Below are positions 41,065-55,400 of a stretch of 64,000 nucleotides of DNA, in pieces (positions within the stretch are counted from its first letter, which is position 1; each line of letters begins with the position of its first letter). The DNA is from Cercozoa sp. M6MM (taxonomy: Eukaryota > Protista > Endomyxa: Ascetosporea), in NCBI GenBank assembly GCA_040357565.1, contig JBDODJ010000031.1. One strand, given 5' to 3'. A program made the translations under genes and the position numbers. The notes under the pieces were generated by a model. It had not been told where the DNA came from. It saw nothing but the letters and a program-made list of their open reading frames with translations, and did not search any database.

Positions 41065-42835
41065 ATGGATCCTAACGCTGCATCCTTTCAGTTCGACCCG
41101 AACGCGGTGTCGTTCGAGTTCAGCCCGACCCCAGCGCCGCAACCTGCTCAACCGGAGCCTACACCGGAGCCTACGCCGGAGCCTGCTCAGTTGGAGCCTA
41201 CACCCGAGCCTACGCCAGAGCCAGAATCCGAGCAGCCGAAGGAGGAGGAGAAGCAGCCCGAAGCCGAAGCTGAGCCTGAGAAGACCGTTGCAGTGAGCAA
41301 TGCTTTGCCTGCCAACGAACTGCGCGAGTTCGAGGTCAGTCTTTGCCTTCTTCCATTTTTTGTATTGTTCTGCAAAATTTTTTGGCCCATGACGTGACTT
41401 GACTTGCTCGCTCGATGCTGACAAAAATAACGATTGCTGTTCGCTCCATTTAATCCAATGGGAGTACCGAAGACTCGCTTCCGTCGAGAAGGCGCGCATC
41501 CCTCGCCGGGTGTGTCGTCGTCACGCGACGGGGGAAAGTCCTCGGACACTGTCGTAGAGAGTGCGGCCGCTGCGAGGTGCGTCTCCTTGTGAGTCGCGCC
41601 CGGCGGTAACCGCTGTCTAGCCGCTGCACGCTATTCGCTGAAGAGAGCCAACGCGGTACCTCTCTCGGGAGGGCCTGCGTCGGCAGGAGGTGTCGGTGCA
41701 CGCGGCGCAGCGGACATGGTCATATCACAGTCATGCGAGTGGCGCCACGCTTGCGCTAACACAACGAGGATTACTCTCGGTGCTCCCGGACCCTTTCGTT
41801 TTGTTGATTGCAGGCACACGACGAGCGCGAGCACCTCAACCTCGTCTTCATCGGCCACGTCGATCACGGCAAGTCCACGATGAGTGGACGTATCATGGTA
41901 GACTGGCTCACTTCCCATTACCCCCCCCCCCCCCCGCAGCTAATAATAGCATCCGATCTGGACAGGTGTCGAGCGGTCAGATCGACCGTCGCGTCATCGA
42001 GAAGTTCGAGCGCGATGCCAAGGTAGCTTGACTATCCACTTGGTTCTTCCTCTGATCACCGACCGATTCGACACCTATTTTTGTGAAGGCCAACAACCGC
42101 GAGTCCTGGTGGATTGCCTACATTCTCGACACCAGCGACGAGGAGCGCGCCAAGGGCAAGACTGTCGAGGTCGGCCGTGCCATGTTCGACACCCCCAACA
42201 AAGTACCTTGCCCCCTATCTTCATTACCCCCACCGACCTCCGTTCTTGTAGCGCTACACGATCTTTGATGCCCCGGGTCACAAGGACTACGTGCCCAACA
42301 TGATTCGCGGTGCCTCGCAGGCCGATGTCGGCGTGCTTGTGGTATCTCTTCTTCTTCCCATTACCCCTTTACTCAGTCCCCCATTCTTTACTCCATTTAC
42401 CCCCCCCCCCCCTCTTTACTTAGGTGTCGGCGCGCAACAAGGAGTTCGAGGCCGGTTTCGACCGTGGTGGCCAGACGCGCGAGCATACGCTGCTTGCTCG
42501 GTAGGCTAACTTAGCCTGCCCCTCCCCTAACCCGACCCTACCCCCTAACCACCCCCCCCCCCCCGTACCCAACCAACGCGTACAGTACGATCGGTATCAC
42601 GCGTCTCGTGGTGGCCGTCAACAAGATGGACGTGGTGGACTGGAGCAAGGAGCGCTACGAGCACATCGTCAAGAAGATGAGCACCTTCCTCAAGGCATGC
42701 GGCTACGGCAAGAGCGACATCTGGTTCGTCCCGGTGGCTGCCCTCAAGAACGACGGCGAGAACAACATTCGCGACTCTGTCGACCCTGCCGTGTGCGACT
42801 GGTGGCAGTCCTACAGTACGCTGCCTCGCCCCCAT

Positions 42836-42896
<61 letters not shown>

Positions 42897-44169
42897 GTGC
42901 CTCAGTGCAGGTTCGGCGTTCGTGCGTCGGACTACCTGACCANNNNNNNNNNNNNNNNNNNNNNNNNNNNNNNNNNNNNNNNNNNNNNNNNNNNNNNNNN
43001 NNNNNNNNNNNNNNNNNNNNNNNNNNNNNNNNNNNNNNNNNNGTGTGTGTGTGTGTGTGTGTGTGTGGGTGTGTGGGTGTGTGGGTGTGTGGGTGTGTGG
43101 GTGTGGGATTGCACGTGCATTAATTGCCCGTAGACAAGAAGAAGGCTGGCCTGTCGCTGATGCAGACTCTCGACTCGCTGCCACTGCTGGTACAGAACAT
43201 GTGCCCTCGAGACAGGCATGTATGTTTGTACTGTGTATGTTTCCACAGGAGCGACAGCATGACGCACCGCTGCGTGTGCCGATCATGTCGTCGTACCCGG
43301 ATCAGGGCAAGGTGTTTGCCCTCGGCAAGGTCGAGGCCGGTCGCATCGCTGTCGGCGATCGTGTCGTTGTTTCGCCCAACCCGAGGTAGTCTTGTCGTAG
43401 ACCACCAGTTTGCTTGTCATTGTTGTCATTGTTGCTGTTGCTTCCAACAGTGCCCTGGCGGAAACCAAGGTTGCCACCGTCGTTGGAATCTCTGTCGACG
43501 AGCAGGAGGTCGAGGGTGCTCGCTGCGGTGAGAACGTCGACCTGGCGCTCGTTGGCGTCGACTCCAGCGACGTCGATCAAGGCTGTGTGCTGTGCGCTCC
43601 GGTAGACTTGTTGCCTCCCTTCCTGTCTTCCGTGGCTATCCTTCAACTCACTTATCCTTCATCCCCGAGTAGGACAAGCCATCGCCGTCGGTGATGAAAC
43701 TCAAAGCACAGATCAACGTTCTCGGTATATTTTTGTTACAGCCTCCCTAAACAACCAGTCTTTGTAACTCCCTCTATGTCTACCTAACACAGAGCTGCCA
43801 GAGCACAAGCCGGTGATTGCCGAGGGCTACACGGCTGTGCTGCACTGCCACACCGCCGCTGTAGAGTGTGAACTCGTGCGAGTGTGCTACATGGTCGATC
43901 GCAAGACTGGCAAGAAGAAGCGACCGAGTGCTGTATGTCCTCTCGCCCTCCTCCGATTCTCTCTGTTCATGCCTATGTGTGTTGTTGTGCGCAAGCAGGC
44001 GCTGATGCGCGGAAATATGGCCGTCGTGCAGATCAACGTGTCGCAACCCATCGCCGTGGAGACTTTTGAGGCCTTCCCGCAGCTCGGCCGTTTCACGCTG
44101 CGTGACGAGTCGCTCACCACTGTGATCGGCCGTATCCTCGCCGTGCAGGAGGCCGCGCCTTCGAGCTAA
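41065..44169 (+). CDS. GSPT1: Eukaryotic peptide chain release factor 3 (eRF3/Sup35), multi-exon
   Basis: PAM2-like [16 protein letters not shown]; [74 protein letters not shown]. Confidence 0.95.
41460..41787 (+). ncRNA. RMRP: RNase MRP RNA, inside eRF3 intron 1 (41334-41813)
   Basis: P1 gggagtaccga/tcggtgctccc; P2 actcgc/gcgagt; CR-I GAAAGTCCTCG (41534-41544) pairs with CR-V ACAACGAGGATTACT (41761-41775); P8 gta-GAGAG-tgc (GARAR loop); CR-IV cagtca. Confidence 0.9.
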
Positions 44170-44282
44170 GCCTCTAGATCTGCGACGCTAGTTTTATTCC
44201 GGGACCAGTACCGCTCGGGTCGGTCGAATTCATATCGCGTCGTGTTATGAAATGAACAAAATAGACCCCCCAATCTCGCTCA

Positions 44283-45656
44283 TCAGACTGTCACGCTGAC
44301 TACTCCCTCATTCGGCAGAGCTTCGGAGAGTTCGTGAAACAAGCCGTGGCACAGCGTATCGCGTTGTTGTTCAAAGGTCTTGGCGTCAATGTCGACCTAC
44401 ATACAATACCACGAGCAGGAAATGAAAGAACGCAAGAAAATAATACCTGCTGTCGCACGCTGCCGTCTTCGGCAACCGTCACGAGCAGCGACGGGTCCGA
44501 GTCGTACAAAACCACAACGTTGTCTACCGCGCGTGCCGAAATGTCGAATGACAAGGCACAGTGCAAGTGCCCGGGCGTGCCTTGAGGAGGCAGCACAAAG
44601 CACCGCACCACAGACGTGTCGCAACACAAAGCGACCAGTCGGTTTGACTTCCACATGGGCCAAACAAAGCGGCTGATTAGGTGGTTCAGTCCGTCGGGAG
44701 TCTATAGACGATACAAGTGCACACATGCACATGAACATGTGCCTTTGTGTTTGCGAGCACAGACAGTACCATGTCTTGCACGTGCTCATCGACGTCGTCG
44801 TTTCGCACCGAGTCGAAGGAGTCAATTGCGACGTCAAGATGCCGTCCATTCACTTGCCGTGCTTGCACCTGCAGGTGCCGCCACACAGTACCGGGATCGA
44901 CGCTTCCTGCCGCTGTGTCGGTCACCTGACTCAGTACACACGGCGTCGACTGCAAGAAGTCTCGCCACAGACGCTCCCGGTTAAATCGACTGCGAAGCAC
45001 AGAGAGAACCCAGCGAACGCACCTACATACGCAAGGATACACTGTGCACAAGATAAAGAGGCAGCAGCGCCGTTCAGATACCGAGCAGCACTGTGTTGCA
45101 GAGCGTGCACGTCGAGTTTCTCCGAGATCTCGCGCGAGTCAAGCGAAAGGTTTGCGCCAAGTGTCCACCTGCCCAAAACAGCACCGACAAACAGTTACGT
45201 ATCGAAGAATACACTAATGGGGGGGGGGGGAAGGGGGGAGGGTACATTTGAAGCCAGCAGTGCTCGTCGTCATCTGCCTCGACTTCGACACGCGCAGCGA
45301 GAGCGTAGACACGTCTGCCTGCGCGCACTGCTGTCCTGCAAGCAACACACCGAGAGACACATTCGCACACAAACACAAACATGCACATGTGTAGGTAGGA
45401 GCGAGAAACACCAGTCAAGCGAGCGCGTGTCAAAGACCGGCGTGCCATTGACGAGCAGCACGCAGTCGTCGAGCGAGCAGGTGCCGCCGACCCGTGCACG
45501 CCGAGCAAAGGCAACAAAGTCCACACCCATACCTGCACTCAAAGAAGCGTAGTAAAACAAGTAAAAGACAAAGATGATGGACCAGCTAGTCCTTGGACCG
45601 GCCGATCGCTTCGCTGGGCCAGAATCCAGCCGTCGCTGAAGGGCACATAGACACGT

Positions 45657-45705
<49 letters not shown>

Positions 45706-48257
45706 ACTACACACACGTAAATACAACGCAGTACCTCAACAGTGTCTTGCCAACAGACACGGCCTCTTTGACCAGTCGCTCGTACAGCTCGGCAACGGCA
45801 TGCAACAGTGATGACACCGGGGCGCGTGGAAACTCGGACGATGCCAGCGACACTTTCGACGAGAAGGTCGGCAGGCGGCGCAGCAACTCGCGTCCTAGTG
45901 CCGTGCAGGCGACCTGCACAGACACAGACACACACAGTCACACACAGTCACACACACAGACACACACACACATAGACATAGACACAGACACAGACACAGA
46001 CACACACAATGAAGAATAGTGTCAGTTGGGCTGTAGATGTTACGTCAAAGTAGAGCGAGCGCAGGTCCTCGGTGGCTGCCATGGCGCCATTGACACGGGT
46101 CAGCACTTGAGCTAGTGTGCGTAGATGGCTGACAAGGCGGGGTGCATACACACGCGCGCACAGCACTACAAGGCAGGATACCCTGGTGTCAACTGTTGTG
46201 CCGCCGCAGCAAACACGAGTGATTTCGAGCTCGTTCCTCTGTTTATATACACTCCTTACATATACATACCATGAAGGTAACTTACCGAGAGTCGCCATGA
46301 GACTTGTGTCGCCCAAAGTCGCTCATGTGCCGCGGCAGATCAAGCGCATGCAACACAAGTCGTCGTGCCTAACGTGCGTGTGTGTATGATATGTTTAGTG
46401 TATCAGAAGAGGTACCTGTCGTCGCAGCACGAACAACAGACGCACGTTGTCGCATCGCACCTAAGTAAAATGAAGAGTCGCCCTCTCAGACAAACACCAA
46501 ACCCACAGAGTGACAGTGTGTACCACTTGCACGAAGTGAGTTGCACTGCTCTTTAGCTTGTTACCTTTGTCCCCTGTCCTTGCATCTGCAGAGGCATAGT
46601 CCAGTCAAGTAATATGCCAGCAGGAAGCGGCAGGAGCACAGAGGGACAGACGTACCAGGATCACGCATGGTGAGACGCACGCAGTTGGCGAATCGCCCAC
46701 TCACGAAGTCGTCGATCACGCGCAACAGGAGCGCGTCCAAGTGTGCGTGCACGTGCGGCATGCGCAGTGCGTCATCGATCGTGAAGATAGCTCCCTGTCG
46801 CAACACGTGTGTGTGCCAACGAGCGGCGGCCTCGTCGGTCAGCCCTATTGAAGGGAGACCCATACAATACGCAACCTCCTTGACAGTAATGTTACTCACC
46901 TTGGGAAGGATCGTTTTGAATGAACAACGACGGGTCACACGCCAGAACCTGTCGCACAACCTCGGCTCGTTTGCTCAGTCTGCAAACGCATATAAAGGTG
47001 GCGGGACAGATCCACAGGCAGGCAGGAGTGAGGCCTGAAAGCGTACTGCATGTGCACTCGCTTCTTGGAGTCGGCACACAGCCACGAGAAGTCAGCATGC
47101 GCCAGTCTGTGCGGTGCCATGCATCAGCATAAAAATGTTGATAGCTAAGTCGTACAGTGCATGTGCGTCCATAGTGCACAGAACTGGAGCGTCCTTCGTC
47201 GCTTCCGACAGACTGCGACAAAGGGGCGGCTTCTTCGGTGTCTCTGCAACAGGTGCATATCTCATACATGCCACCTCTTCCAACATAATGTCGACACGAT
47301 GACAGGAAGTACCAGCGGTGGTGTCGACGGGTGACCTGCGTGAACGCCGGATAACGCGGCGTCGTCGCTGTCTTGCCGCCGGAGGCTGGGCCGCCACAAT
47401 GCACAGTGCTGTTTTAGACGGCTGTATGAGTGCAGGATGTACACACGATGGAGAGCGCATTTGTACAGAGAGTAGAGGAATGTACCTTGGATGGCGAAGC
47501 AGGCGAGGGAGATAGCGAGGATGCGGTGGATGCCATGAGCAAGCGTCCAGTGTCGCGGTACACAGCAGTCGACACGGCGTGCTGCGACGCGGTGCTTTTG
47601 CTGGCGGCAGAGTCGGACAGTGCAGTGTCGCTTCGGACGGAAGTGGCTGGAGGTGAGAGTGCCTGTACGTCGGTTGACGTTGTTTCCGCTGTTGCTGCTG
47701 CTGTTGCTGCCGTCTGTCCCTGTGACAAGGCGGCAACAGCACTGTCGGCGACGACGTTGGCGCTGCCGCGACTCTCTTTCAAGACACCCTGCCGCTGCAG
47801 GTGTAGCTGCCACTGCGCAATGCGCGTCATAGCCTGTGAGCATACACACATAAACACACACACACACACACATTCACATACACACATACGCACATACATA
47901 TGTGTCAACGATGCACCTCCTTGTCGGCTAAAGCCTCGGTCTGCGGGGTGCCCGAGGCACGCAGAGCAAGCGCGAGCAGTGCCTGCTGTACGAGTTGCTG
48001 CACCTGGAACAGCAGGCCAGGCGACACATTGAACACTGCGCAGTCCACCTGCACACATACATAAGCACACACGCACGTATAAACACACATCTGTGCAAGC
48101 AACAGAGACAAGGTACACTGGCGACACTGATACGCAGATACAGTGCCATGTAATCACTTCGCTCTGTTCTGTTATCCGACCTGTAAGTACAGTACACGAA
48201 CAGACATGGACACACTCGGAGCCAGATGGGACCATGTGTGTATGTGTGTGTGTGTGT

Positions 48258-48296
<39 letters not shown>

Positions 48297-49722
48297 TGTG
48301 TTGTGTGTGTGCACAGGTGTACAGTGAGGGAGACACGGCGCGCAGTCCCGTAGTGCATAGTGGCACACTGCCAAACCAAGTGATCTCAACAACGCATGCT
48401 GCCGTGTCATGCCGGTCGATGCGTGTACTCAGCGACACGTGACTGTCGAACAGTGCCGCCACGGCTGCTACCAGTACGGGCACTGCCACATCTAGGTGAC
48501 TGTGCGCAAATCCATGAGGTAGACATGTCCATACAGGACTTATGGGAAGCAAGGAAGCCAGGGTACGATGACTTGGGCACGTCGGAGAGAGCACATAGCC
48601 AGGTGTGCTGCCGTACGAGTCGCACCTGCTGCGTAACCTCGCGACAGGCGGCGTCCGAAGGTGGACACTGCGGTCGCTGCAGGTGCTGTCGTAGCAGCGA
48701 GCCGTGACTTTCGTCCTCGCCTATACATGTACACATACACCTGAATCGAAGTCACAATACACAACACCGGTACCCAACATGATGATGCGACGCAAAGCGA
48801 CTCTACCCAGACAGCTTGGCTTCAAACACACAGGCATAGTCACAAAACAGAACACTTACCGATGGCGCGCTTCCTTCACCAACAAGGATAGTAGGTGTTG
48901 CACCAACTGCACGCGTGCAAGGGGATACTTATACAGTTCAAACAGGAAAACAGTAGGGGGGGGGGGGCTGACACACCCGAAGGTCATCCGACTCACTCGA
49001 CGCCTCGACGAAAAGTTCGTTGTCGGTGCGAGGCGACAGAGAGGTCAGCAGCATCGCCCAGCTACAGGACACGTCCATCGATTCGTTGGAAGTCTGTTCG
49101 CGTTGCTGCATGTAACTCGCGTAGCGTCGGCACAACTCGGCCAGTGTGCGGTCGGCACGTGCGTTGCCACTAAGCATGTGCGTTTCGCTGGCTTCTTCGC
49201 TGAGGAGTGTGTGCACCAGGTCTTTGGTCCGAAGTGTCCAATGGCCTGCACATACACAGCGTATACTTGCTTGTCTAAGTACCTGCACAGTCGAGCATTG
49301 GTATACCAGCGTCAGCGTGTTCAGCAACATCATTTACAAGGTCTTGATGCAGACACGAGGGCACATAGACCATCTGAAGCAGCACTGGGCCTGCCAATGA
49401 TGGAAGGCACGTGTGTATCCACCAGGCATTGCGTCGCAGCTGGTCCTGCAGCGAGACCGTCGAGGTGTCGTCCATGTCTTCCACGTGGATTGGCACCGAC
49501 ATGCAGCCCAGTGTGCCACACAGTGCCTCGTGCAGCTGTCTCTGCGTCGGCACGTGCGTCGGTGCGCTCGGTGGCAGCAGCGGCATCAGCAGCAGTCGGC
49601 GGCGCGCACACGGAGCTCCGGCAAGCCAGGACAAGTCGAACCGGCGCAGTCGACGCTTCAGTGGCACGGCCGCGCTGTAGCGCTGAATCTGCGTTTGACC
49701 ACCAGGCATGCCATGGTCGAAA

Positions 49723-49778
<56 letters not shown>

Positions 49779-52457
49779 AGATATTACCGCAGCGCGCTCG
49801 AGCAGTGCATCCAGAGCCCGACAAAGCGACAGCACGATCGATCGCGGTGGAATACTCAAGCCAGAGATGCGTGCCTGCGTGTATGCGTAAGTGTGTGTGT
49901 GCGTGTGTGGGGGGCGTGTGTGTGTGGTGTGTGTGTGTATGTGTGTGTGAATGAAGCCTCATATGCAGATACACACGCAAGATAGCACACACAGGGGTAT
50001 ACCTCGACAGTGCAGCTGTCGTCGATGACATCGCCTGCACCGAGCACTAGCTGCACCTCTCTTCTCGACCTGCGTCACTCACACACACACACATACATAC
50101 CTACATACATGTACACAAACAAGCAGAGTACCCATCGGAGCAGGAGTGCAAACGCATGTCAGGAGCGCTGCCGCGAAAGTCACCGTCGTAAAAGGACAGA
50201 GTGTCGCCGTCGTTGCCTGCTGCAGCAGAAGCAGAAGGGGCAAGGTCCAAGTCGCTAGGTCGGGTCTAGACAGGGAGGGATGTGCCATGTACCCTCCTCG
50301 TCACGCGAACTGTGCCGCGAGTGGAACGAAAACGAATGTGCCGACGGAACTGCTGCTGTCTGTACAGGGGGAAAGGAGAGTCAAGACGGCAGAAGGTCTA
50401 GAGAAACACAAGCACCGGAGTCTGACGTCGCTGTTCGCTCAGATGCAGCAGTCGGAAATAATATACGCCCTCGCTGTCGTCCTTGTTCTGCATACATGCA
50501 CTTACAAAATGTCGGCCTGCCGACCAACAAATACAGAGGGTGCCACACCTCGGTGTCACGCAGCACAAAGCAGTTGTGGCGGTTCGACACGGCGAGTCGC
50601 GCCAGCGCACTGCGACACAGTGCCGACAGCGCCTGCTGTGGTCTGCAGTAAAGGCGAGGCAGGGGTATGGTATCGAAAGGACAGGGTAACAGGAGAGTAA
50701 CACGAGGGTCACAGAAGGGAAACAGGAAGGTAACAGGGTGCAAGAGACCTCAGTCGGCGACTGTGCTTGACTCGAATCGTCGAACGCAGCTCGCACTCGA
50801 ACTGTCCCGGACGCCAGCGAGGTTGCTGTGATGCATGAGATATTGGATTCGTATCGGTCTAGGTCAAGGAGGGTAGGGGGGTAAGCCTACCTTGCCAGAA
50901 ACAGGAGATGTTGGTGCCTGCGGTCGTCGTCTGCGTCGTGCGATCTGGTCATAATTGTCAGAATCGATTCTGCCCCCCTGACTGATTCTAGCTACGCTAA
51001 TACGTGAGAGAGACAGGAGTACCCGGAGCATGCGTTGGCGGCGCGAGACGGCGGTGTCGTCCTCGTCGTCGGTGTTGTTGTTGTTGGCGTTGATAGGACT
51101 GGTCTCGGGTGCCACAGGGGCGGCGGCATGGTCGAGTGCGTCGACACCGGCACCAACGACCGGCATGAGATTCACGTCGCCGAGTGACGTGTTGGGTGCC
51201 TATACCAACATACGAGTACACGTGTACATTGCACAGACAAAATCATGTGCGGTAGGAGAGGGTACCAGTAACAAGTCACTGCAGTAGCGTCCCTCCGCCA
51301 GCTGTCGTAGCAGCAGGCGCTGGTTGGTACAGTGCAGCGCACGTGACACGAGTGCCGACCACGTGCGCGACACCACCGACTCGGCACTGGTGTCACTGTT
51401 GTCACTAACACGTGTGCACACTAGTGAGTGCAGCGACTGGGTGGTGACGTGCAACTGTGCCACCTGCAGTCACACACACACACATGCGCGCGCGCACAGA
51501 CATACATAGACGAAAAGATCATCAGTGAGAGTGTTCAGCATACCGCCACACCGTCACTGGCAACGTAGATGATGCTGCCTTCATGTTGTCTCAAAAGACC
51601 TAGGTCTTCGCCCTCACTGTACAATACAGATATGGCAAACACTCATATCAATGTACATACATAAATAAATAAATAAATATATATATATATATATGTATAT
51701 ATGTCGTAAATCTTTGCACACATGTGTCCTATCTCATAAGGTGTGTATACACATGGTCAACGAGTTGCCGACGAAACACGGTGCAGCGTGCCGCTTCGTC
51801 CTACCCACACTCACTGTACTGATCGATCACATTGACCACTTGTAAAAACTTACCAGCTTCAAATGCGAGGTCGGAACAAAGCACAACTCGATCTTTTCAT
51901 GTCTGCAAGAATCCATCTTTAGTTTTACCCCCCCCCCCCCGTACACTCCCTCCTGCACGGCAAAAACCGCACCGAAACTGGAACGACGACCACGGCAGGT
52001 GACGTAGCACGGCCGCAGCTGCATGGGCATCAAGGATCCCTCCGCGCGGATGGCGCAGATGCGACAAGTCAGTCACGTGCTTCATGACCGAGTCACCCTG
52101 AAAGTGCGTGAGCACACGTGTAGTGGCACCGAGCACACATGAAGGATAGTAACAATACCACGTGTTTTGAAAGACGAGCGACGAGCATCTTGCACGGTGT
52201 CCACATGTCCACCGGTAGTTGTGGTAGCTACACATGCACACACATGCGCACCCTAGTACACGGGCTAAGTGGTACCTCATGCAAGTCGAAGGCACGTGGC
52301 ACGCCCGAGTCGGCAGGCGGTGTGCCGGGACGGTACCAGTCGAAAGGCTCGGTGTGCTCGGTCAGCGCAGGCGACGACAGCGACGTACGCAAGCGTCCGT
52401 TTGAGCGTGAGGACACTGGGTGATCTGCGTCCGCGCGGAAGTACACACACATGACAT

Positions 52458-52489
<32 letters not shown>

Positions 52490-55400
52490 ATGCAGGGCAA
52501 ATGAACAGGTACCACCGTTGCCATAGATGCTGAGTCTCAGCACGAGACGCAGCTGACAGTGGCGCAGGTCGTCCTCCTGGCCAAACGGCAAGGCAAAGTC
52601 ACTGCAACAAAAAGGGAAAGGGGTATCAGTGCATCTTAGGGGTATCAATGTGCCTCAGGGGAGGGAGGGGTAAGATAGGTAACCCTGCAATAGCCTGTCG
52701 GTCTAGAAGGTTCGCTTGCAGTGTCATGCCCGACGGGTGCACAACGATGGCCACAAACCGCGCGAAAACAGGTGTTTCCATCACCCGCCATTCACCTACT
52801 CCCCGCACAAAAAGCACACACACACACACACACACAAACATATACAAGCATAACAAGCATAAGCAGGTTCAATGCACCAGTTGTGTCGACGTCGTTGATG
52901 ACAACGTGTGCCTGTGCGAGACGGTTCAGCGTGGCGCACACTGCCGGCACCAGGTGGGCCAGTCGGTCGGCAGGCCGCGTGACACCCAGGTGCATGTGCG
53001 CCAGCTGCGACGGCGGCACGCGTACCTCGGTGACGGCCAGCACGTCCGACAGCAGCACGGTGTGCCAGGTATCGTGCGACTCCTGCAGTGCTTGCAGCAC
53101 GCACCATCGCAGCACGTGCAAGGCGTGACTCAAACCGCCCGAGACAGGCGCAGCAGCCGGAGAAGAGACAGCAGCAGGGACAGAGCCGCCGTCTTCGGCC
53201 TCATTAAGCGACCGACTGGGCGCTTCCTCGAAGCTGTCGCTGTTCTCGCGCGTTAACGAGATGGCTGGAGGGACGGCCCTACCGTAGGCGCTGGTGCCGT
53301 GCGTGCCCACCGATCGCAGCAGCAGTGCGTCACACGGCAGCGGCATCTCCACCGGCAGGGCACCGTCGTCGTCGGCCACTGCACGCACGTGGCGACGCAG
53401 CTCACTGTCACTGTTGTCAGTGATCTCGCCAGTGAGTTCGTCAGTGATACCATAATCAAGACCGTCAGTGATACTGTCAATGATATTGTCGGCGGTACCG
53501 TCGACGGTACCATCAGCGACACCGTCAGTGACATGGTCAGTGACTCCGTCGGACAGCAGCTCCGCAAAGTCGCCGCTGACACTGCCCACGCGAGGCAGCA
53601 CCTCGGCACGCGACAAATCGTTGAACGACAGAGTGTCGTCCATGCCATCCACGTTGGCGGCTTCCTTGGTATCGTCATGGCATGTCCCCTTGTCAGCAGT
53701 CTCCTTGAGTCGTTCCTTGTCAACAGTCTCCGTCATGCCGTCCCTGTCGCTGCCCTTGTCTGTGTCACCATCGCCACTGGCAGTGGTGCGAGTGACTGTT
53801 CCCAGTGTGCACGCTATATCGGGTCGATCGCGCAGACATGCGAACACAAAGGCGGCCCGAGAGCGCCGGCACTGCTGTCGCAAGTCGCTCACCACTACAG
53901 ACACATGGCATTTCTCATGTCTCACGAACACACCTATGGTGAGTGCGGCACATGTACCCTTGTTCAGGCGGATTTGCAATTGCCGCGCAGGCGAAGACGA
54001 CGTCGGCGAACCCGGTCCCGGCGTGTGCCACTGTAGACAATAGCCCAGGATGGTGTCCTCATCCACCACGTGCACATGCACCTGCCATACAATGTGTCCG
54101 AACACACAACACACAAAGACATAGGAGGGGTGAATGTCCTCTATCTACCTCAGGCACAAGACGAAGGTCGCGATGCAGCAGTAGCGTAACGTGTCGCTCC
54201 TTGTTGCTCAGGAGCCAGGCTGCATCGGTCTCGTTGGCCTCTCCACTTGTGTGCCTATCGATAGTGCTGTCGCCCAAGACACCACCTTCAACGCTCTCCT
54301 CGCTGTCGTCGCTGTCGTCCTCGAAGTCTTCTGAGTCGCACTCGTTTTCGTTCGAGTCGTCGGCGTAGAACTCTTCCTCCTCGAGGTCAGAGTCGCTCTT
54401 TATATCGGCGGGCACCAGCGCAGAAGCACGTCTGCCTGTGCACACAAATATATATATATATATATATATAATATATAACAGGCTGAAGAGATACCTGTCG
54501 ATGTACGCGACACACGAAGTGACACGTGCGGCATGCGCGTCCACAGTGCCTGCGTGTGCTGCGACCATAGAGTCCAAAACGGCACATGCGCCTGCGTCGT
54601 GTCCGGCGTCATATCAGGCGCGAACAGGTCCTGCATGCACAGTGACATCTGCGCCGTGCCCGGTGCGAGGATTTGCCATGCTGCGTCTGCATGTTGATGC
54701 ACGTGTGATACATATGTTATACGCCGAGGGATGCATTAGCACAAGTACCCACAGATGAGTCCTGTAGCACTGGCGTCGGTGCGTCGGCTGTGGCTTCACT
54801 TAGGCAGAACTGTCGCACGTGCCACTTGGCATAGTCGCGTGCAGCCACGGTTCTGGCCTCCTCGGGTAGAGTGCTCGTCGTGGCAGTAGGTCCGGCATCA
54901 GTAGCAGCAGCAGTAGCAGTAGCAGATCCGGCAGCGATCGAGTGTTGACGAGTCAGCGATACTATCAAACGGCTGCTCTTCTGCTGCCGCAGTGCAGGTT
55001 GCTTCCTGGGTGGACGAGCGTGCAGCCAGATGACACGGAAGGCGGCCCAGGCACTACACGCGTGCAGTAAACGCATTCGCCACTGCTTGCACTGCTTGCT
55101 CAACAGGTGCTGCACGTGCCCGCGCTGTTCCACTGTGTGCGCATGCGCGGGAGGTAACAAGGTCACTGTGAGGGACAGTCAGGGTACAGAAGGACACTAC
55201 AGGACAGGGCCGACAGCGTGCACAGACGAAACTCGACGCGCAATTCGGTATCACTGAGTGTCATCAGCACAAACATCGGCACGTGTTCCATCTCGCACAA
55301 CAGCACTCGCTCGAGGGTCTGTCAAGCGCACAAACACTGCACATGCACTACAGGCTTACTGTTTCTTTGTTACCGAGGCAGACACGTCCTCCGAGCGATG

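Noticed and set aside
41460-41787. RNase P RNA rather than MRP
   Set aside because: The CR-I GAAAGTCC form and GAGAG P8 loop are MRP-type; RNase P CR-II/CR-III were not seen.
41065-44169. Alternative genetic code or non-canonical introns
   Set aside because: TAA, TAG and TGA all terminate conserved genes, and every junction I reconstructed was GT-AG and in frame.
48704-54043. Long plus-strand ORFs (416, 245, 202, 191 aa)
   Set aside because: Antisense to exons of the large minus-strand gene; splice signals are on the minus strand.
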